Shown: positions 34,212-48,215 of the stretch, one piece after another | Layout of the letters: each line of letters opens with the position of its first letter | Position numbering within the stretch: the stretch's first letter is position 1 | From: Anthoceros angustus | Lineage: Eukaryota > Plantae > Anthocerotophyta | Length of the DNA: 64,000 nt | Direction of reading: 5' to 3' | Assembly: GCA_010909165.1 (NCBI GenBank) | Contig: VJWM01000196.1 | Location: 186,001-250,000, forward strand | Translations under genes and position numbers: made by a program | Notes under the pieces: generated by a model | Databases searched by the model: none | Told to the model about the DNA's origin: nothing | Seen by the model: only the letters and a program-made list of their open reading frames with translations

Positions 34212-37200
34212 TGTGGGCTATGCACTTCCCTGGGGAGTTAAGAAATAAGTAGGGTTTCTGTTTTTTTTTTGGATTGAAGGATAAATAAGGCGAAAAAGGA
34301 GGAATAAATTGGGGTAGGCCGGACGAGGCTCGAGTATACTCCGACTGAGTGAACAACGGACCCCCACTATGGCAAGCTCCCACACGAGTAACGGATAAGT
34401 CCGGAACCCACCCCAGTCAGCAGGATAAGTACGCTGGAAAGTAACCTAGGAGCGAGGCGTGAGGATGCACGAGGCGGCGCCACGTGGACGGCCCCGAGTG
34501 GAGGTCGGGCATGCGAGGCAGACCGTAACCTGCCGAGGCCGCAGGCAGTATTCACGCCCGCTGGCGCGCGCGTAAGGCCGCAGTAAGCGGAAGCGAGGTC
34601 GCGCACTCGCGCACGGACAACGAAGAGGCGCCTTCCGCCAGCAGCTTCCACAAGCGCGGCCAAGGAGGGAGGTCATTTACCGCGCCTCCGCATCCTCATC
34701 CCTTGCGCGCAATCCGGCTCGCGCTATCTTTTGGGCGCCCCACAGAGCGCGCACCGTCAAGGTTGGAGCACAACGCGGCGAGGAACATCGTGCCGCCGAC
34801 TCGCCGCAGCCAGAACAAGAGGAGGAGAAAGCAATGGCACCCAAAAGCCGACGGAAGTCTGGGAGCCATGGACCTCGTGGAGCGCAACATTGTGACCCGC
34901 GCTATCCGGACTTCGGGCCCCGGCCGGAGGAAGTGGGAATTGGTGCAGTGGCATCCGGACGTGTTCCAAATGGTCGGACCTTTGACAACGTTACTAGTCC
35001 GGAGTTTGCCCGGAAGATGCGATCAACAAGGAGGTCCGATCCAAGAACCTCCGGAGGACCCGAGGCGATGGACCTTGAGGTCCCGAGGATGGCCTACAAC
35101 CGCCTCAAGGAGGAAGAAGGGGCGTGCCGAGCCCCTTAAGGCGGGGAAGATAGGGCCGCCCACGCCGCGGCCGAGGCTCGAACGCATGGACAACCAACGG
35201 ATGGTTGATATCCGATCCGCCGATCCGAGTAAGGGCGGTAGCGGATCATTGTCCATTGAACTCGCCACCAAGGTGGATCACCTTGGTGATAACCGCGGTA
35301 TTCTCGCATGCGCCCAATGGGGAGAGCGGACGGGAAGGATTATCTTCGGGCCAGAGGCACGCAAGCTAAGGAGCGAGAAGCTCGCCATTATCGGCCGACC
35401 CCATACGATTCATGTATGGGGACATTTCGAGCCCTCAAGGAGGGAGAGCGGCGCCCGGGGCCGGAGGCCTGAGTAGAGCGTGCAAGGGCGCCTGAGGTGG
35501 GGGTCGCCCTTCAAGACCAAGCGGACTCGGAGGAGGACGATCGAGGATTCCTGACTCCATACGTCTGAGCGAACCCCTCACCACCTGTGGAAGTTTGGGA
35601 GGCGATTCCCTTCCTCCTTTGGTGCCCTCCGAGCAAGACAGGAGGGAGCCGATGCCGGAGGGCGGCGGCGCACCCGTAACAATTAACAACCACGACCGCC
35701 GAGCCCCGACGAACTCGGGAGCCAAGAGGCGGAAGACGGTGCCTTACCAACGCAAAGACCTGGGAAGGTGCACTTACCCCCCGCCACCAGTGGCAAGAGG
35801 TCAAGAGGCAAGAGGAGGAGAAGGGACGGCCCAAGGAGCAGGAGGTCACCGCAGCAGCCCACCTCGAGCCGGGTCCCGTCCCCACAGAAGGGGCAAAAGA
35901 GCTTGCTCCGACCCCTCACCTCCTCCGAGCCCTGTGAGAAAGAGGGCACAAAGGAGTTAGAGGCCAAGAGGGCCAAAGAGGGTGAGACTGACCACCACTG
36001 TGACCCGAGGGTCCCGATTAGGTCCGAGAACCCCTCCCCGACTTACTCCGGATCGGTATGGAGGTCCGCGGAGAAATGCCGGCCCCACTACGGACTTTGT
36101 GGGGGCCTCACTGGCCGTGGAAGAAACACGGCGAGTCTGCCACCGCCATGGACGGAATGCTTTGGGGTCTCGTACAATGAGAAGACCTGTGGAAGTGGAG
36201 GCCACCCGAGGAGGATGGTGGAACCCAAGAGCAAGTGAAGGCGTGAGGGGCGGAGTCCCTCGCCGGATCGAGGAAGGGAAACGGTGGCGGAGCGCGAGGC
36301 CCGGCGGTTCAGCAGATCAAGGTTCTTCACCAGCAAATTGAAGCAAGCTCAGAGGCCCAAGCGCGGAGGACCTTGCAAGAGGGAAGCGCAGAGGCGGAAG
36401 AGGCCCGGCACAAGAGAGAGCTGGACCGGGCGGAGGCGGCCAGAGAGCCAAGTGGGCGAGGCCTGTAAAGGCGAAGGAGTCAAGCCGAAAGAGCGACCGG
36501 ATCACCATGCACGTGATCGGAACCGGTGGAGAGTCAGACAGCAGAGGCTAACTCAAGGCCGTGACAAAGGCTATGGAGCAGGCCAGGAGGAGATGGAGGC
36601 CAAGACTGGGAGATAGGATCTCCGAGTAGGGAAGTAGAGGAGAGGCGGCAGCAGATGGAGGACAGAAGGACACGCTGGAGCTACAACCCAAGATGCGCTT
36701 GAGCGCAGTGATTCTCAACGAGAATCCACGACTCGAGCACGAGTGCCCAGCCCGCCTCAAGACGGAGGAAAATCGGCGACTATCCAAGGAGTTGGACGCT
36801 GTGCTGTAAGGAGCCGGAGGAAGTCCGAGCCTGACGGAGGTATCCGACCGCTGAGAGGGAGTCATGAGCTAAAGGCCGAATGAACGGAGGAGCGCGAGCA
36901 CCGGAAGGTAAAAGAAGCCGCGTCCAAAGAGAAGGGAACGCCGCGCCATGGCGGTAAGCGGCAATGGAGAGGAAACGACGGAGCCGGAGTGTGCGGAGCA
37001 ACAGGCAGTGCAGAGGTGACCGAGGCCGCCTTGTAGCCTCGCGTGATACTGGCCCCACCACAACTGGGCAGGAGAGGTGGCCCAACAAGCCGGGCAAAGA
37101 CCCGAACACTTATGGCGGAGGGAGTATCGGTGCCCGCACACGTGGAAGAGGCAATTCAACAAGTCGATCTGACTTTGCCTATTACCACACCGAGCCCCGG

Positions 37201-38544
37201 CGAGAAGCCTCGACACCGCGCAAACGGGACGGACTCGGAAGAAGGAGATGAAGGCCACGGGACAAGACAGGACCCTAGTGGCCCCTGCTTGGAGATGACG
37301 GAGCGCGGAGAGGAGCAACCGAGGAGCGAACGAGGAGCGCGGATGCGATCGAGGTAAGCACCCGCACCTCACCATGGAAGGAGGGCCAACGGCGAGTCAC
37401 CGGGCGATCGGGAACATGAGGACTTCGAGGAGAGCCACGGAGGAGTCCCGTGAGGGAGGAAACCTGTGGAGTCCGGACTTTGTCCTGAAGGGGAGGCCGG
37501 ACCAAGTCCGGACAATAAGTCCGGACTCAAGTCCGGACCAAGTCCGACTCAAGTCCGACCCGAGGTCCGACCTCGAGGTCCGGACGAGACAAGGTCGGAC
37601 CTAGCCGGGCCGGACCTGAATAAGCCGGACTCAAGTTCGTGAGTCGAGACAGACCGAGGACCGGGCAAGAAGGAGGAGCCCCTTCGACTTACGCTTAGGG
37701 GAGAGGTGGCCCCACCGGGCAAGGACCTGTGAGGCCGGAGGATGACGCCGGTAACGGCGTTGTCGACCGCCGAGCCCAACCCGGCTGTGATTCCGGGAGA
37801 GGAGGGGCCCGCCACGGATCATCCGATTGGGTGCACCACAACCGCTGTGACGGGGATTGGACCACCCATTCCGGGCCCAGGACCTTCCCACAACATGGAA
37901 GGAGATAGGGGATGGTAGGCGGCCGATTAGGGTATACCGAGCTATCACCGTAATAGGGGTGTAATAAAGACGCCACCTTGGGCGCAGATAAGAGGGGCCG
38001 AGGTCGCTAGTAAAGCATCTTTCTCTTGGTGTTGATGCCGCTGCGCACCTTTGTGAGTCTTCTTGCTAACGTGAGTCCCGAGTCACCGAGCACGGCGCCC
38101 GGGAGATTGATCAAGGTCCCGTGACGGACTTAACGCTGTGTGGTGTGCGGAAGGGTGACCGGTGATCCGTCTTCGAGCCGTCCGACACCGAACGACTGAA
38201 CGTGTGAGCCGGAGGAACTCCCGGAGGGTGTGTAGAGCCCGGACGAGAGGCCCGGAACGAGGAGGTCCGATCACAGAACCGCGCCTTTTCTAAGATCAAG
38301 AGTGTAGCGTGAGAGGAGAGGAAAGGACTGGATGAGGATGTATGTGAACGATACGGACGCGAACGGGTCTCAAACGCTTGGCCATACCGGCTCAGACGGT
38401 GAACGTGAGTAGTTAGGAGTATGTGTGTGAGACGAACGAGCGCTAAGGACGGTAAGAATCAAAACGCAACCTATCATTCCCTTGGGAACGGACTTCTTCT
38501 ACAACGACACGGATGTACCGCGGCCATCGAAAAGTCCCGCCACA
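34212..38544 (+). repeat. 5' LTR (~4.3 kb)
   Basis: Begins tgtgggctatgcac, ends aaagtcccgccaca, and is colinear with 43913-48215. Confidence 0.9.
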
Positions 38545-38548
38545 TTTT

Positions 38549-38566
38549 TGGCGCCGCTGCCGGGAA
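38549..38566 (+). promoter_or_regulatory. Primer-binding site, tRNA-Asp type
   Basis: TGGCGCCGCTGCCGGGAA lies 4 nt after the LTR end and nearly matches the plant tRNA-Asp 3'-end complement TGGCGCCGTTGCCGGGGA used by Athila-type elements. Confidence 0.85.
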
Positions 38567-38799
38567 TGAAATCGGTCTGCAAAGTGCGCCCTTAGGAAGA
38601 GAAGGTAAGTGAATGCGTGAGCCGACTCAAGAGTGAACCGTCAGAGGATCGGACGTGGTCACCTCGCGTGCTCTCCGAGCCGTGAGAGGGAGAGACGCCA
38701 AACCCAACGAGAGCCGATCGAGGAGGGAGAACGTGGTCGAATTGTCGGACCAAGACGAGTACGGGTACAGGGACGCCAACGGAAGAAGGTAGGACCACG

Positions 38800-41700
38800 C
38801 CTAACCCAATCGATGGCGCAGCCATGGCCCCTACCGACCAAACAAGCGTTCCATATTCGGAGGGAAGAAGGAGCGGATGCGAGACCTTTGTGGAGGACTT
38901 CGTCCAAAGCCAACTTCAACGGAGAGGGAGTCGACGCACTCATCCAAATTTTCCAAGGGGTTCTCCGAGGACAACAATGGTATCGGAGAAAGTACCGACC
39001 ACCGGAGAATGCCCCACCCGCCTGCTTGAAGCTTTGAAAATGCCTTCTTAGAACGGTTTCGAGGGATCACCGTGAGGGTATGTATTATCAAAGTTGGAAA
39101 ATCAAGCGAAGAAGGAGAAGCCGGGCTCAGACATCGAGCGGTTCTATGCCCGAGGATCGGCATCCAACCCATACCACGATGCAAGCGACGGTGGTTCGCG
39201 GCCGGTCTAGCCAAACCCATGGCTGTGCACGCCCCGCCGCCGAGAAGGACGTGGGCAAGGCGGTCGAGCGGCCGAAAACTACGAGGAATCGCTACATCGA
39301 GGATAAAGAACCGCTCAAGGAGGCAAGAAGAAGAAGAAGAAACGGGGTTCGACTGAGGAGGAAGAGTCTTGAGGAGGAGGAAGACCAATCGAGGTGTCTT
39401 GAGGAGGAGCGTCCAAGAAGAGACGGAGGTCTCTAGCGAGGAAGAGTATCCCCAAGAAGAAGAGCAAGAAAGCCCGCCAAAAAGAAGCAGGTAAGAAGGA
39501 GGTGGTGACACCAAGACGTCCGAGAAGCTCCGACCCGACTCCCTCAAAGGAGGTAGGTCCGGAGGACCCGGAAAAGTGATAAAGAGAGTAGAGGACCGCG
39601 ATAAACCAGTTAAGGACCGAGCGCGGAAAACACCGACTACGGTGAACGCATCGTGTGCCGTGCAAGAACACGGCCATTCGAAGTCCAACCGCCTCAAGGT
39701 GCATCAAGTGGACTACACGAGGAGGAGGCCGAGGAGCAATGGGAAGAGGCCTATCGCATGTGAAGCCCTCCGGGCCGCGATATCCCAAAACCATGTATCC
39801 GCCAACCGGAGGTCCATACAACGAGCCCCACCGATGCAAAGACCGCATGGGAGCCCTTCGTATCCTCCGACGGCCGTGGTCTGTTGGAACCGCGAATCTC
39901 GCCATTACTCCAACGCGTGTCCGCACTCAACGAGGTGTGGTAATGGGGACTTCGAGCCGTGGTGGTGCAAGCAAGTGGGCATATGACAGACGCTATGTCC
40001 CAACCCCGCACAAGGACGGTACACGATATGCCACACCAAGCGGAGAACCCCGACCACCAACGCCACCTCCTAAGACTGCACTGCAGGCAAGATGCTGGGC
40101 ATGGGAAGAGATTCCCAGAGGTACGCGAGATGGAAAGAACAAGAAGGTACGGGGAAGGGAGGAGGAAATCTTGAGGTGTCTACTGTAGTCAAGGAAGGAG
40201 CGACGAGAAAGGCGCCATTGAAGAAGAACAAGATCGAGGAAGCCACGACCGAGGAAGGCAATCAAACCAAATACCAGCAGGATCCGACCGATGAAGGAGG
40301 GCTGGACGGCAGCCCGCCGAGGGATTACCCAAGGAAGTTCTCCTGCAGGTGACAGGAGAAGGGAACGGTGCCTCCGACGGCGACGTTAGCTTCCACCGGA
40401 CGTAGTCCGGAGGTGACCGAGATGTTGCAGGAGGAAATGCGCAAGCATCCGGAGAATAACACGGGTGACCGGGAGAGGATGAGGACGCAGCAGGATCCTC
40501 GATTGGGGTAGAAGCCTCGCCTTTTAATGTGGCGACTGATGATGAATCGCAGACCTTGTGTCCTTTCGATACCGCCGAGGGATAACCCAAATACCGCAAG
40601 AGGTCCGTCGTTAGGGAAACCCACCATGAGCACCAAAGCCGTGAAGGGTAGCATGGAAGTGAGGGTGGTGTCCCATACGGACCGGGGCGCCACAAGTGGA
40701 GATTGGATGTATCATCAAGGATGTACTGGACACGGGTCCGAGTCAACCTCATCACCACGACGAAAATTGGGCTTCACATCCTTCAACCTCAACGAAGACT
40801 CGAATGGCATGTCAAGAAGAGATCCGCGGGAGTTAACCGAGTCTTGGCCACCATAGCCGCACCCTACAAACCGGATTTTGTTGTGATCAAACCGCCGGAC
40901 CATTAGGGTATGAGGTGTTGTCACGGCCATGGCCCAGCAGCTACACTTTGGAAGGAAGGAGATTCACTGGACGGGACCCTGGAAAAGAAGGGAGGGTTGC
41001 TATCACCGGAGCAAGGACACCTATTGTGGGAAACCGTGAGCACTACTAAGGGTATACCTGAGGACTCCACCGGCGAAACAAGATAGTTCCGAGGAGGCGA
41101 CTTTTCGCCAAGATCCGCCGGTCCGAGGAGGAGATGGACTACGCGGATGCCTTTGGCGAAGTGATTGATTGTTTTCAAACGCCACAACGGGCCGGAGGAA
41201 GGAAGTGAAGAGGAGGTCGGACCAAAGACAAGGGGAGAAGAGTCGGACCAAGGAAAAGCGACATCGGGAGTAACACGATTCACCTCCGACGAGCTCTTCA
41301 GAGAATGGGGATGCGAGAGGACGATCCCGAGAGGAGGACGAGGGGTTTGGACGAGGCAAAGACGGAACGGAGACGGTGAACCCGACGACGTGGAAGAAGT
41401 GGAGGTCCGCCAGCAAATTCTCAAGTTTAAGAAAGGCATGCCTCGGACCAAGGAAGGACTAAAGCACCTGGGGAGTTTTATGGTGTTCAAGGTCAAGGTT
41501 GACATGAAGGGCATTCAAGAAGTGGGAGAGCATAAGATCGATTTGAAGCCGGAGCGTGCCAATCAATCCAATACAAGCTCAACCCCAAGTATTCGATCAA
41601 GGTGAAGGAGGTCCTTGATAAGTACCGAGGCAGACATCATTTTCCCCATCACAACAGCCGAGTGGGTCACCGATTGTGGTGGTTCCCAGCCAGACAAATT

Positions 41701-43860
41701 CGGTATGCCAAGATTGGAGGAAGCTCAACGCAACGGAGAAGGACCACTTCCCGATGCCATTCAGACGACATTTTGGACAAGGTGGTGGAGACTACTTACT
41801 CCTTCCCGGATGGCTACTCCGGATATAACCAATTGCACCTAAGGGAGTCGGACCGACAAGACGACCTTCACTACGGAGTGGGGTACGCTTGCCTACAAGA
41901 GAAGTGCCTTTGGGATGACCGAGCGCGTGGTCGCTCGCGTATGCCAACGCCTTCCGTGACTTCGAGGGACTTCATGGAGATATTCCCGGATGATTTTGTG
42001 TGCATGGGGAGGGACAAACACCTTGGGCATCTAAGAAGGTGCTTGAGCGCCGCCGGAGACTCAATTGAGCCTACACCCGAGAAATGCTACTTTGGAATGA
42101 GAGGGAATCTTGTCGACATCGGTGCCTGGGAATCGAGGTGACCAGAGGTCCGGTCATCCGCCTCCACCAACGAACCTAAAGGAGCCGAGAGGTTTCGAAT
42201 GGTGGGATACTACCGGTTTATTAAGGACTTTGTAAGAGGGGCTAAGTTGATGTAACTCACAAGGAAGGAGGAGGTTTGGACCCGGTCACGGAGCGAGAGG
42301 AGGCCTTCGGATTTATGTAACACCTTGGTAAGCGCACCGGTTCTAAGAGGACCGGATCGAGAAATGTGTATGTAGATGTCCGCTTTTGCTATCGGAGTAG
42401 TGCCGAGCCGGACGACAAGCGGGATTATCCCGTATACTACTACGACATACACCACGGAACAAAAATACACAACTACAGAAGGCAAGCACCGGGTATGGTA
42501 TATGTCAAGAAATTCCACCTACTACCCAAAGGAGTTTGTGTTCTATGTAGACCACTAAGCATCCGGTGAATAAGACGGACTCCGGACGGATAGCAAGGTG
42601 GATATTGTCGCAGGAGTTCACGTGGAAACAAGACAAGGGAGGCACCAAAATGCATTTCGTCACGATTGAAAACAGAGGTGTTGAGAGATCGAAGATGCTC
42701 CTGGATGAGACATTGGTTGCCGCAGAAAGTACAACCGAGGAGCCCGACCGAACCCCAAGCTACGAACTGGCAGCCTTAGAGAAGGAGAAGGAGGGCTGCC
42801 GTCCGACCCACGAAAGAGCGGTACTGGGAATGGAGCTTCCAAAATCGACTGTGATGAGGGAGGCATTCGTGCACTATGCTCGACCTTCGTAATGTACAAC
42901 GGTGTGTGTGTTCAAATTAGGGCCTGAGTAGAACGAAAAGCAAGGCAGAGACAAGGGGAATGCACGAAGGATTGGGGGAGGACACTACGCAAAGACAGTC
43001 ACCACCAAAAGATTTTGAAGCGGATACGTGGCCAACAATGTATGGGGACACCCACCGCTTAGAAGAAGTGTGATGCTTGTCAGGATCGAAAGCCAACCCC
43101 GACGACACAAAGGCCGCTAATATTGGCACCGCACCTTCAAAAGTGGGTATTGACTTTGTTGGACCTGCCACGACAAGACACACACAAAGGAGATACATCC
43201 CGGTGGCAACCTACCATCACTGTGGGTAGAGGCGACAAGAACGGACTCGCAAATACCGTGGCCAAATTCGAGAACATCATAACCCGGATGATGTCCGCCG
43301 CAGTTGGTAAGTGATAGGGGAACCCATTTCCTTAATGATGTGGTGGCCGCCATGACGGAGTATTTCGCATCAATCATCGCAAGACGGCACCCTACAATCC
43401 TAAGGCCAATGACAGAGAAGACAAATGGGCTCATCCGCAGGATCTCGAATAAACTCTGAACTACGCCCATGATCGGATACCAAGTCGCCATCCGTGACCG
43501 TATGCCCGGACAGCAGAAGGTGACCACACAACGGACCCTTACTTGACCTACCTCCGTAATGGAGTTTGAAGTGCCCACTTTTCGAGTAATGATGGAAGGA
43601 GACGACAGAAGAGGAAAGCCAGGGGGTTTGTCAGAGGATGGGAAGAAGCTCAATGAAGATGCATGGTGCAAAACCAAAGATTTGGCACGATCGCCGATCG
43701 CGAATCGTGGAGTATGTAAAGGAAGGGACCGCCTCCTTTATGATAGTCACATGCATTTTCCAAACTTCACCGAGATGGATGGGTCCGCATCAAGTGGTGT
43801 ATATGACAACGGGTCCGTCCACGGCCTAGATGGAGAGCTGCCCACTGTAAACGGGTGGCG
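38800..43860 (+). pseudogene. Degenerate gag-pol (gag, CCHC knuckle, protease, RT, RNase H, integrase)
   Basis: Frameshifted remnants: CWN..HYSNACP (~39880), LDTGSES (~40725), KDHFPMP and DGYSGYNQ (~41740-41830), and GIDFVGP (~43145). Confidence 0.85.
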
Positions 43861-43912
43861 GTGAAGAAGTATCATGCTTAGTGTTGGCGAGACGCCAATG
43901 ATGAAGGGAGTA

Positions 43913-46900
43913 TGTGGCTATGCACTCGGGAGTTAAGAAATAAGTAGGGTTTCGCTTTTTAGGATTGAAGGATAAATAAGGCGGAAAAGGAGGAATAAAT
44001 TGGGGTAGCGGACGAGGCTCGGAGTATACTGACTGGAGTGAACAACGGACCCCGCACACTATGGCAAGCTCCGACTACGGAGTAACGGATAAGTCCGAAC
44101 CCACCTGTGTCAAAATAGGATAAGTACGCCAGTGAAAGTAACCTAGGAGCGGAGGCGTGAGGATGACGGCGGCGCCACGTGGACGGCCCCGGAGCATGCG
44201 GTGACCCAGAACGTGAGGCCGCAGGGGTATTCACGCCCGCGGCCCGCGCGGGCGTAAGGCCGCAGGCTAAGCGAGGGTCGAGTGCCATGCACTCGCGCTA
44301 CGGACAACGAAGAGGCGCCTTCCGCCCAGCTACTTTCCACAAGCGCCAAGGAGGGAGGTCATGCCGCAGCCTCATAACCCCTCATAGCCCTTGCGCCCGC
44401 AATCCGCTCGGCGCTATCTTTGGGCGCACCGCCAGAGGCGCACCGTCAAGGTTGGAGCAACGCGCAAGGAGGAACATCGTGCCACGCCAGCCAGAACAAG
44501 AGGAGGAGAAGCAATGGCACCCAAAAGCCGACGGAGTCTGGGAGCCATGGACCTCGTGGAGCGCAACATTGTGACCCGCTATCCGGACTTCGGCCCCGGC
44601 CGAGGAAGCAGGAATTGGTGCGGAGTGGCATCCGGACGTGTTCCAAATGGTCCGGACCTTTGACAACGCTACTCTAGTCCGGAGTTTGCCCGAAGATGCC
44701 GGCGATCAACAAGGAGGTCCGATCCAAGAACCTCCGGAGGACCCGAGGCGATGGACCTTGAGGTCCCGAGGATGGCCTACAACCGCCCAAGGAGGAAGAA
44801 GGGGCGTGCCGAGCCCCTTAAGGCGAAGGGGAAGATAGGGCCACACGCGCGGCGCCGAGGCTCGAACGCAGCGGACAACCAACGGATGGTTGATATCCGA
44901 TCCGCCGGATACCGAGTAAGGGCGGTAGCCCGGATCATTGTCCATTGAACTCGCCACCAAGGTGGATCACCTTGGTGATAACTGCTGGTATTCTCGCATG
45001 CGCCCAATGGGGAAGAGACTGGGAAGGATTATCTTCGCCCGTGGGGAGGCACGAAGCTAAGGAGCGAGAAGCCTCGCCATCGACCCCATACCCGATTCAT
45101 GTATGGGGACATTTCGAGCTCTCAAGGAGGGAGAGCTTGAGCGGGCGCCCGAAGGAGGCCCCGCCAAGTAGAGCGTGCAAGGGCGCCTGAGGTGGGGGTC
45201 GCCCTTCAAGACCAAGCGACTCGGAGGAGGACGATCGAGGATTCCTGACTCCATACCTGAGCGAACCCCTCACCACCTGTGAAGTTTGGGAGGCGATTCC
45301 CTTCCTCCTTTGGTGCCCTCCGAGCAAGACAGAGGGAGCCGATGCCGGAGGGCGCGCACCGCAGAGCAGCCCAACAACCACGACGGCCGAGCCCCGACGA
45401 ACTCGCGGAGCCAAGAGGCGAAGACGGTGCCGCTTACCAACGCAAAGACCTCGGAAGGTGCCGGACTTACCCCCGCCCACGGAGTGGCAAGAGGTCAAGA
45501 GGCGAAGGAGGGCAGAAGGACGTGGCCCAAGGAGCAGGAGGTCACCGCGCAGCCACCCCGAGCCGGCCCCCCCCAGTGAAGGGGCAAAAGAGCTTGCTCC
45601 CGACCCCTCACCTCCTCCGAGCCCTGTGAGAGAGAGGCACAAAGGAGTTAGAGGCCAAGAGGGCCAAAGAGGGTGAGACTGACTCACCACTGTGACCCGA
45701 GGGTCCCGATTAGGTCCGGAGAACCCACCGACTTACTCCGGATGGTATGGAGGTCCTGGACCGAGAAATGCCTCCCACTACGGACTTTGGGGGCCTCACA
45801 GCGGCCGTGGAAGAAACACGGCGAAGTCTGCTACCGTCATGGACGGAATGCTTTGGGGTCTGTGGTACAGAGAAGACCTGTGAAGTGGAGGCCACCCGAG
45901 GAGGATGGTGGAACCCAAGAGCAAGTGAAGGCGGCCCAGGGGCAAAGGAAAAGGCGGAGTCCTCGCCGGATCGAGGAAGGGAAACGCCGGTGGCGGAGCG
46001 AGGCCCGGGCGGTTCAGCAGACTGGTTAAGGTTCTTCACACACCGGGCAAGCTGAGGCCCAAGCGGCGGAGGACCTTGCAGCGGGAGGGCGCAGAGGAGG
46101 CGGAAGAGGCCCGGCACAAGCAGAGAGCTCGGACCGGCGGAGGCGGCCCGGCCAGAGGCCAAGGGCGAGGCCTGTAAAGGCGGCGAGCCAAGCCGAAGAG
46201 CGACCGGATCACCATGACGGATCGAACCGGTGGAGAGCAGCACCGAGGCTAACTCAAGGCCGCACAAAGGCCATGGAGTGCAAGGGAGGAGGAGATGGAG
46301 GCCAAGACTCGGGAGATAGGAGATCTCCGAGCACACCGGAAGTAGAGGAGAGGCAGCAGATGGAGGATGCAAGGACACGCCTGAGCTACAACCCAAGATG
46401 CGCTTGAGCAGCAGTGATTCTCAACGAGAGAATCCACGACTCGAGCACGAAATAGAGTGCCGTCCTCAAGACGGAGGAAAATCGCGACTATCCAAGGAGT
46501 TGGACGTTGCTGTATGAGGAGGAAGTCCGAGTCTGGACGGAGGTATCCGATCACTGGAGAGGGAGCGGAGCTAAAGGCCGAATGAACGGAGGAGCGCAGC
46601 ACGGAAGCGTAAAAGAAGCCGTCCACCGAGAAAGGCGGAAGGGAACGCCCTATGGCGGTAAGCCGGGCAATGGAGAGGAAACGACGGAGCCGGAGCAGGG
46701 AGCAACAGTGCAATGCAGGAGGTGACCGAGGCCGCCTTGTAGCCTCGCGTGATACTGCCCACACAACTGGGCAGAGGGTGGCCCAACAAGCCGGGCAAAG
46801 ACGCCTCCCGAACACTTATGGCGGAGGGAGTACTGCACACGTGGAAGAGGCACAACAAGTCGATCTGACTTTGCCTATTACCACGCGAGCTCCGAAGTGA

Positions 46901-48215
46901 AGCCTCTCGAAACCGGAGACCCCTGGAAGGCTCAAGGAGATGAAGGCCACGGGACAAAGACAGGGACCCTAGTGGCCTGTTGAGATGACGGAGCGCGGAG
47001 AGGAGCAACCGGAGGAGAACGAGGAGCGCGATGCGATCGAGGTAAGCACCCGCACCTCACCATGGAAGGAGGGGCCAACGGCGAGTCACGGCGATCGGGA
47101 ACAGCTGGAGGACTTCGAGGAGAGCCAGAGGAGTCCCGAGGGAGGAAACCTGGTGGGCGTGAGTCCGACTTTGTCCGACCTGAGGGAGGCCGACTCAAGT
47201 CCGGACTCAATAAGTCCGGACTCAAGTCCGGACTAATAAGTCCGGACCAAGTCCGGACCTAGGACCCCGAGGTCCGGACCCTGAGACAAGGTCGGACCTA
47301 GCCCCGGACCAGAAGCCGACTCAAGTTCGGAGTCGAGACAGACAGGACCCACCGGGCAAGAAGGAGGAGCCCCTTCGACTTACGCTTAGGGGAGCAGATA
47401 GGTGGCCCCACCGGCCAAGGACCTGGGCCAGGATGACGCCGTGGTAACGGCGGTTGTCGCCACGCCAGAGCCCAACCCGGCTGTGATTCCGGGAGAGGAG
47501 AGGCCACGGATCATCCGATTGGGTGCACAACCGTGACGGGGATTGACCACCCAGAGGGCCCTGTGACCTTCCCACCACAATGGGCGAAGGAGATAGGGGA
47601 TAGGCTGGTAGGCGGCCGATTAGGTATACCGAAATGTAATAGGGGACGCCATAAGATAAGAGGCCGAGGCCGCCTAGTAAAGCATCTTTCTCTTGGTGTT
47701 GATGCCGCTCTTGCACCTTTGTGAGTCTTCTTGCTAACGTGAGTCCCGAGTCACCGAAAGGTGCACGACCCGGGAGATTGATCAAGGTCCCGTGACGACT
47801 TAACGCTGTGGTGTGCGGTGAAGGGTGACGTGATCCTGCTCGCCCCGAGCCGCGTCCCAACCGAACGGATCGAACGTGAGGAGGAACCCGGAGGGTGGAG
47901 CCCGGACGAGAGGCCCATGAACGACGGGAGGTCCGATCACAGAATCTTTTCTAAGATCAAGAGTGTAGAGGAGAGAGGAAAGGACCGATGCGTGAGGGAT
48001 GTATGTGAACGATACGGACGCGAACGGGTCCTTAAACGCTTGGCCATACCGGCTCAGACGGTGAACAGAGTAGTTAGGAGTATGTGTGTTGAGACCGAAC
48101 GAGCGCTAAGGACGGTAAGAATCACCAAACGCGTAAACGGCCTATCATTCCCCTTTGGGAACGGACTTCTTCCTACAACGACACGGGATTGTGCCCATCG
48201 GCAATAAAGTCCACA
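43913..48215 (+). repeat. 3' LTR (~4.3 kb)
   Basis: Begins tgtggctatgcac right after gatgaagggagta, and ends aaagtccaca followed by the TSD catat. Confidence 0.9.

Larger units (their letters stand above)
34212..48215 (+). mobile_element. Full-length non-chromoviral Ty3/gypsy LTR retrotransposon (Athila/Tat-like), ~14 kb, 5-bp TSD CATAT
   Basis: TG..CA direct repeats at 34212-38544 and 43913-48215, CATAT at 34207-34211 and 48216-48220, a PBS after the 5' LTR, a purine-rich tract before the 3' LTR, and gag-pol remnants between them. Confidence 0.92.

Noticed and set aside
37470-37640. CRISPR-like array (also considered for 15935-16120)
   Set aside because: Eukaryotic context, short degenerate units without unique equal-length spacers, and no cas genes.
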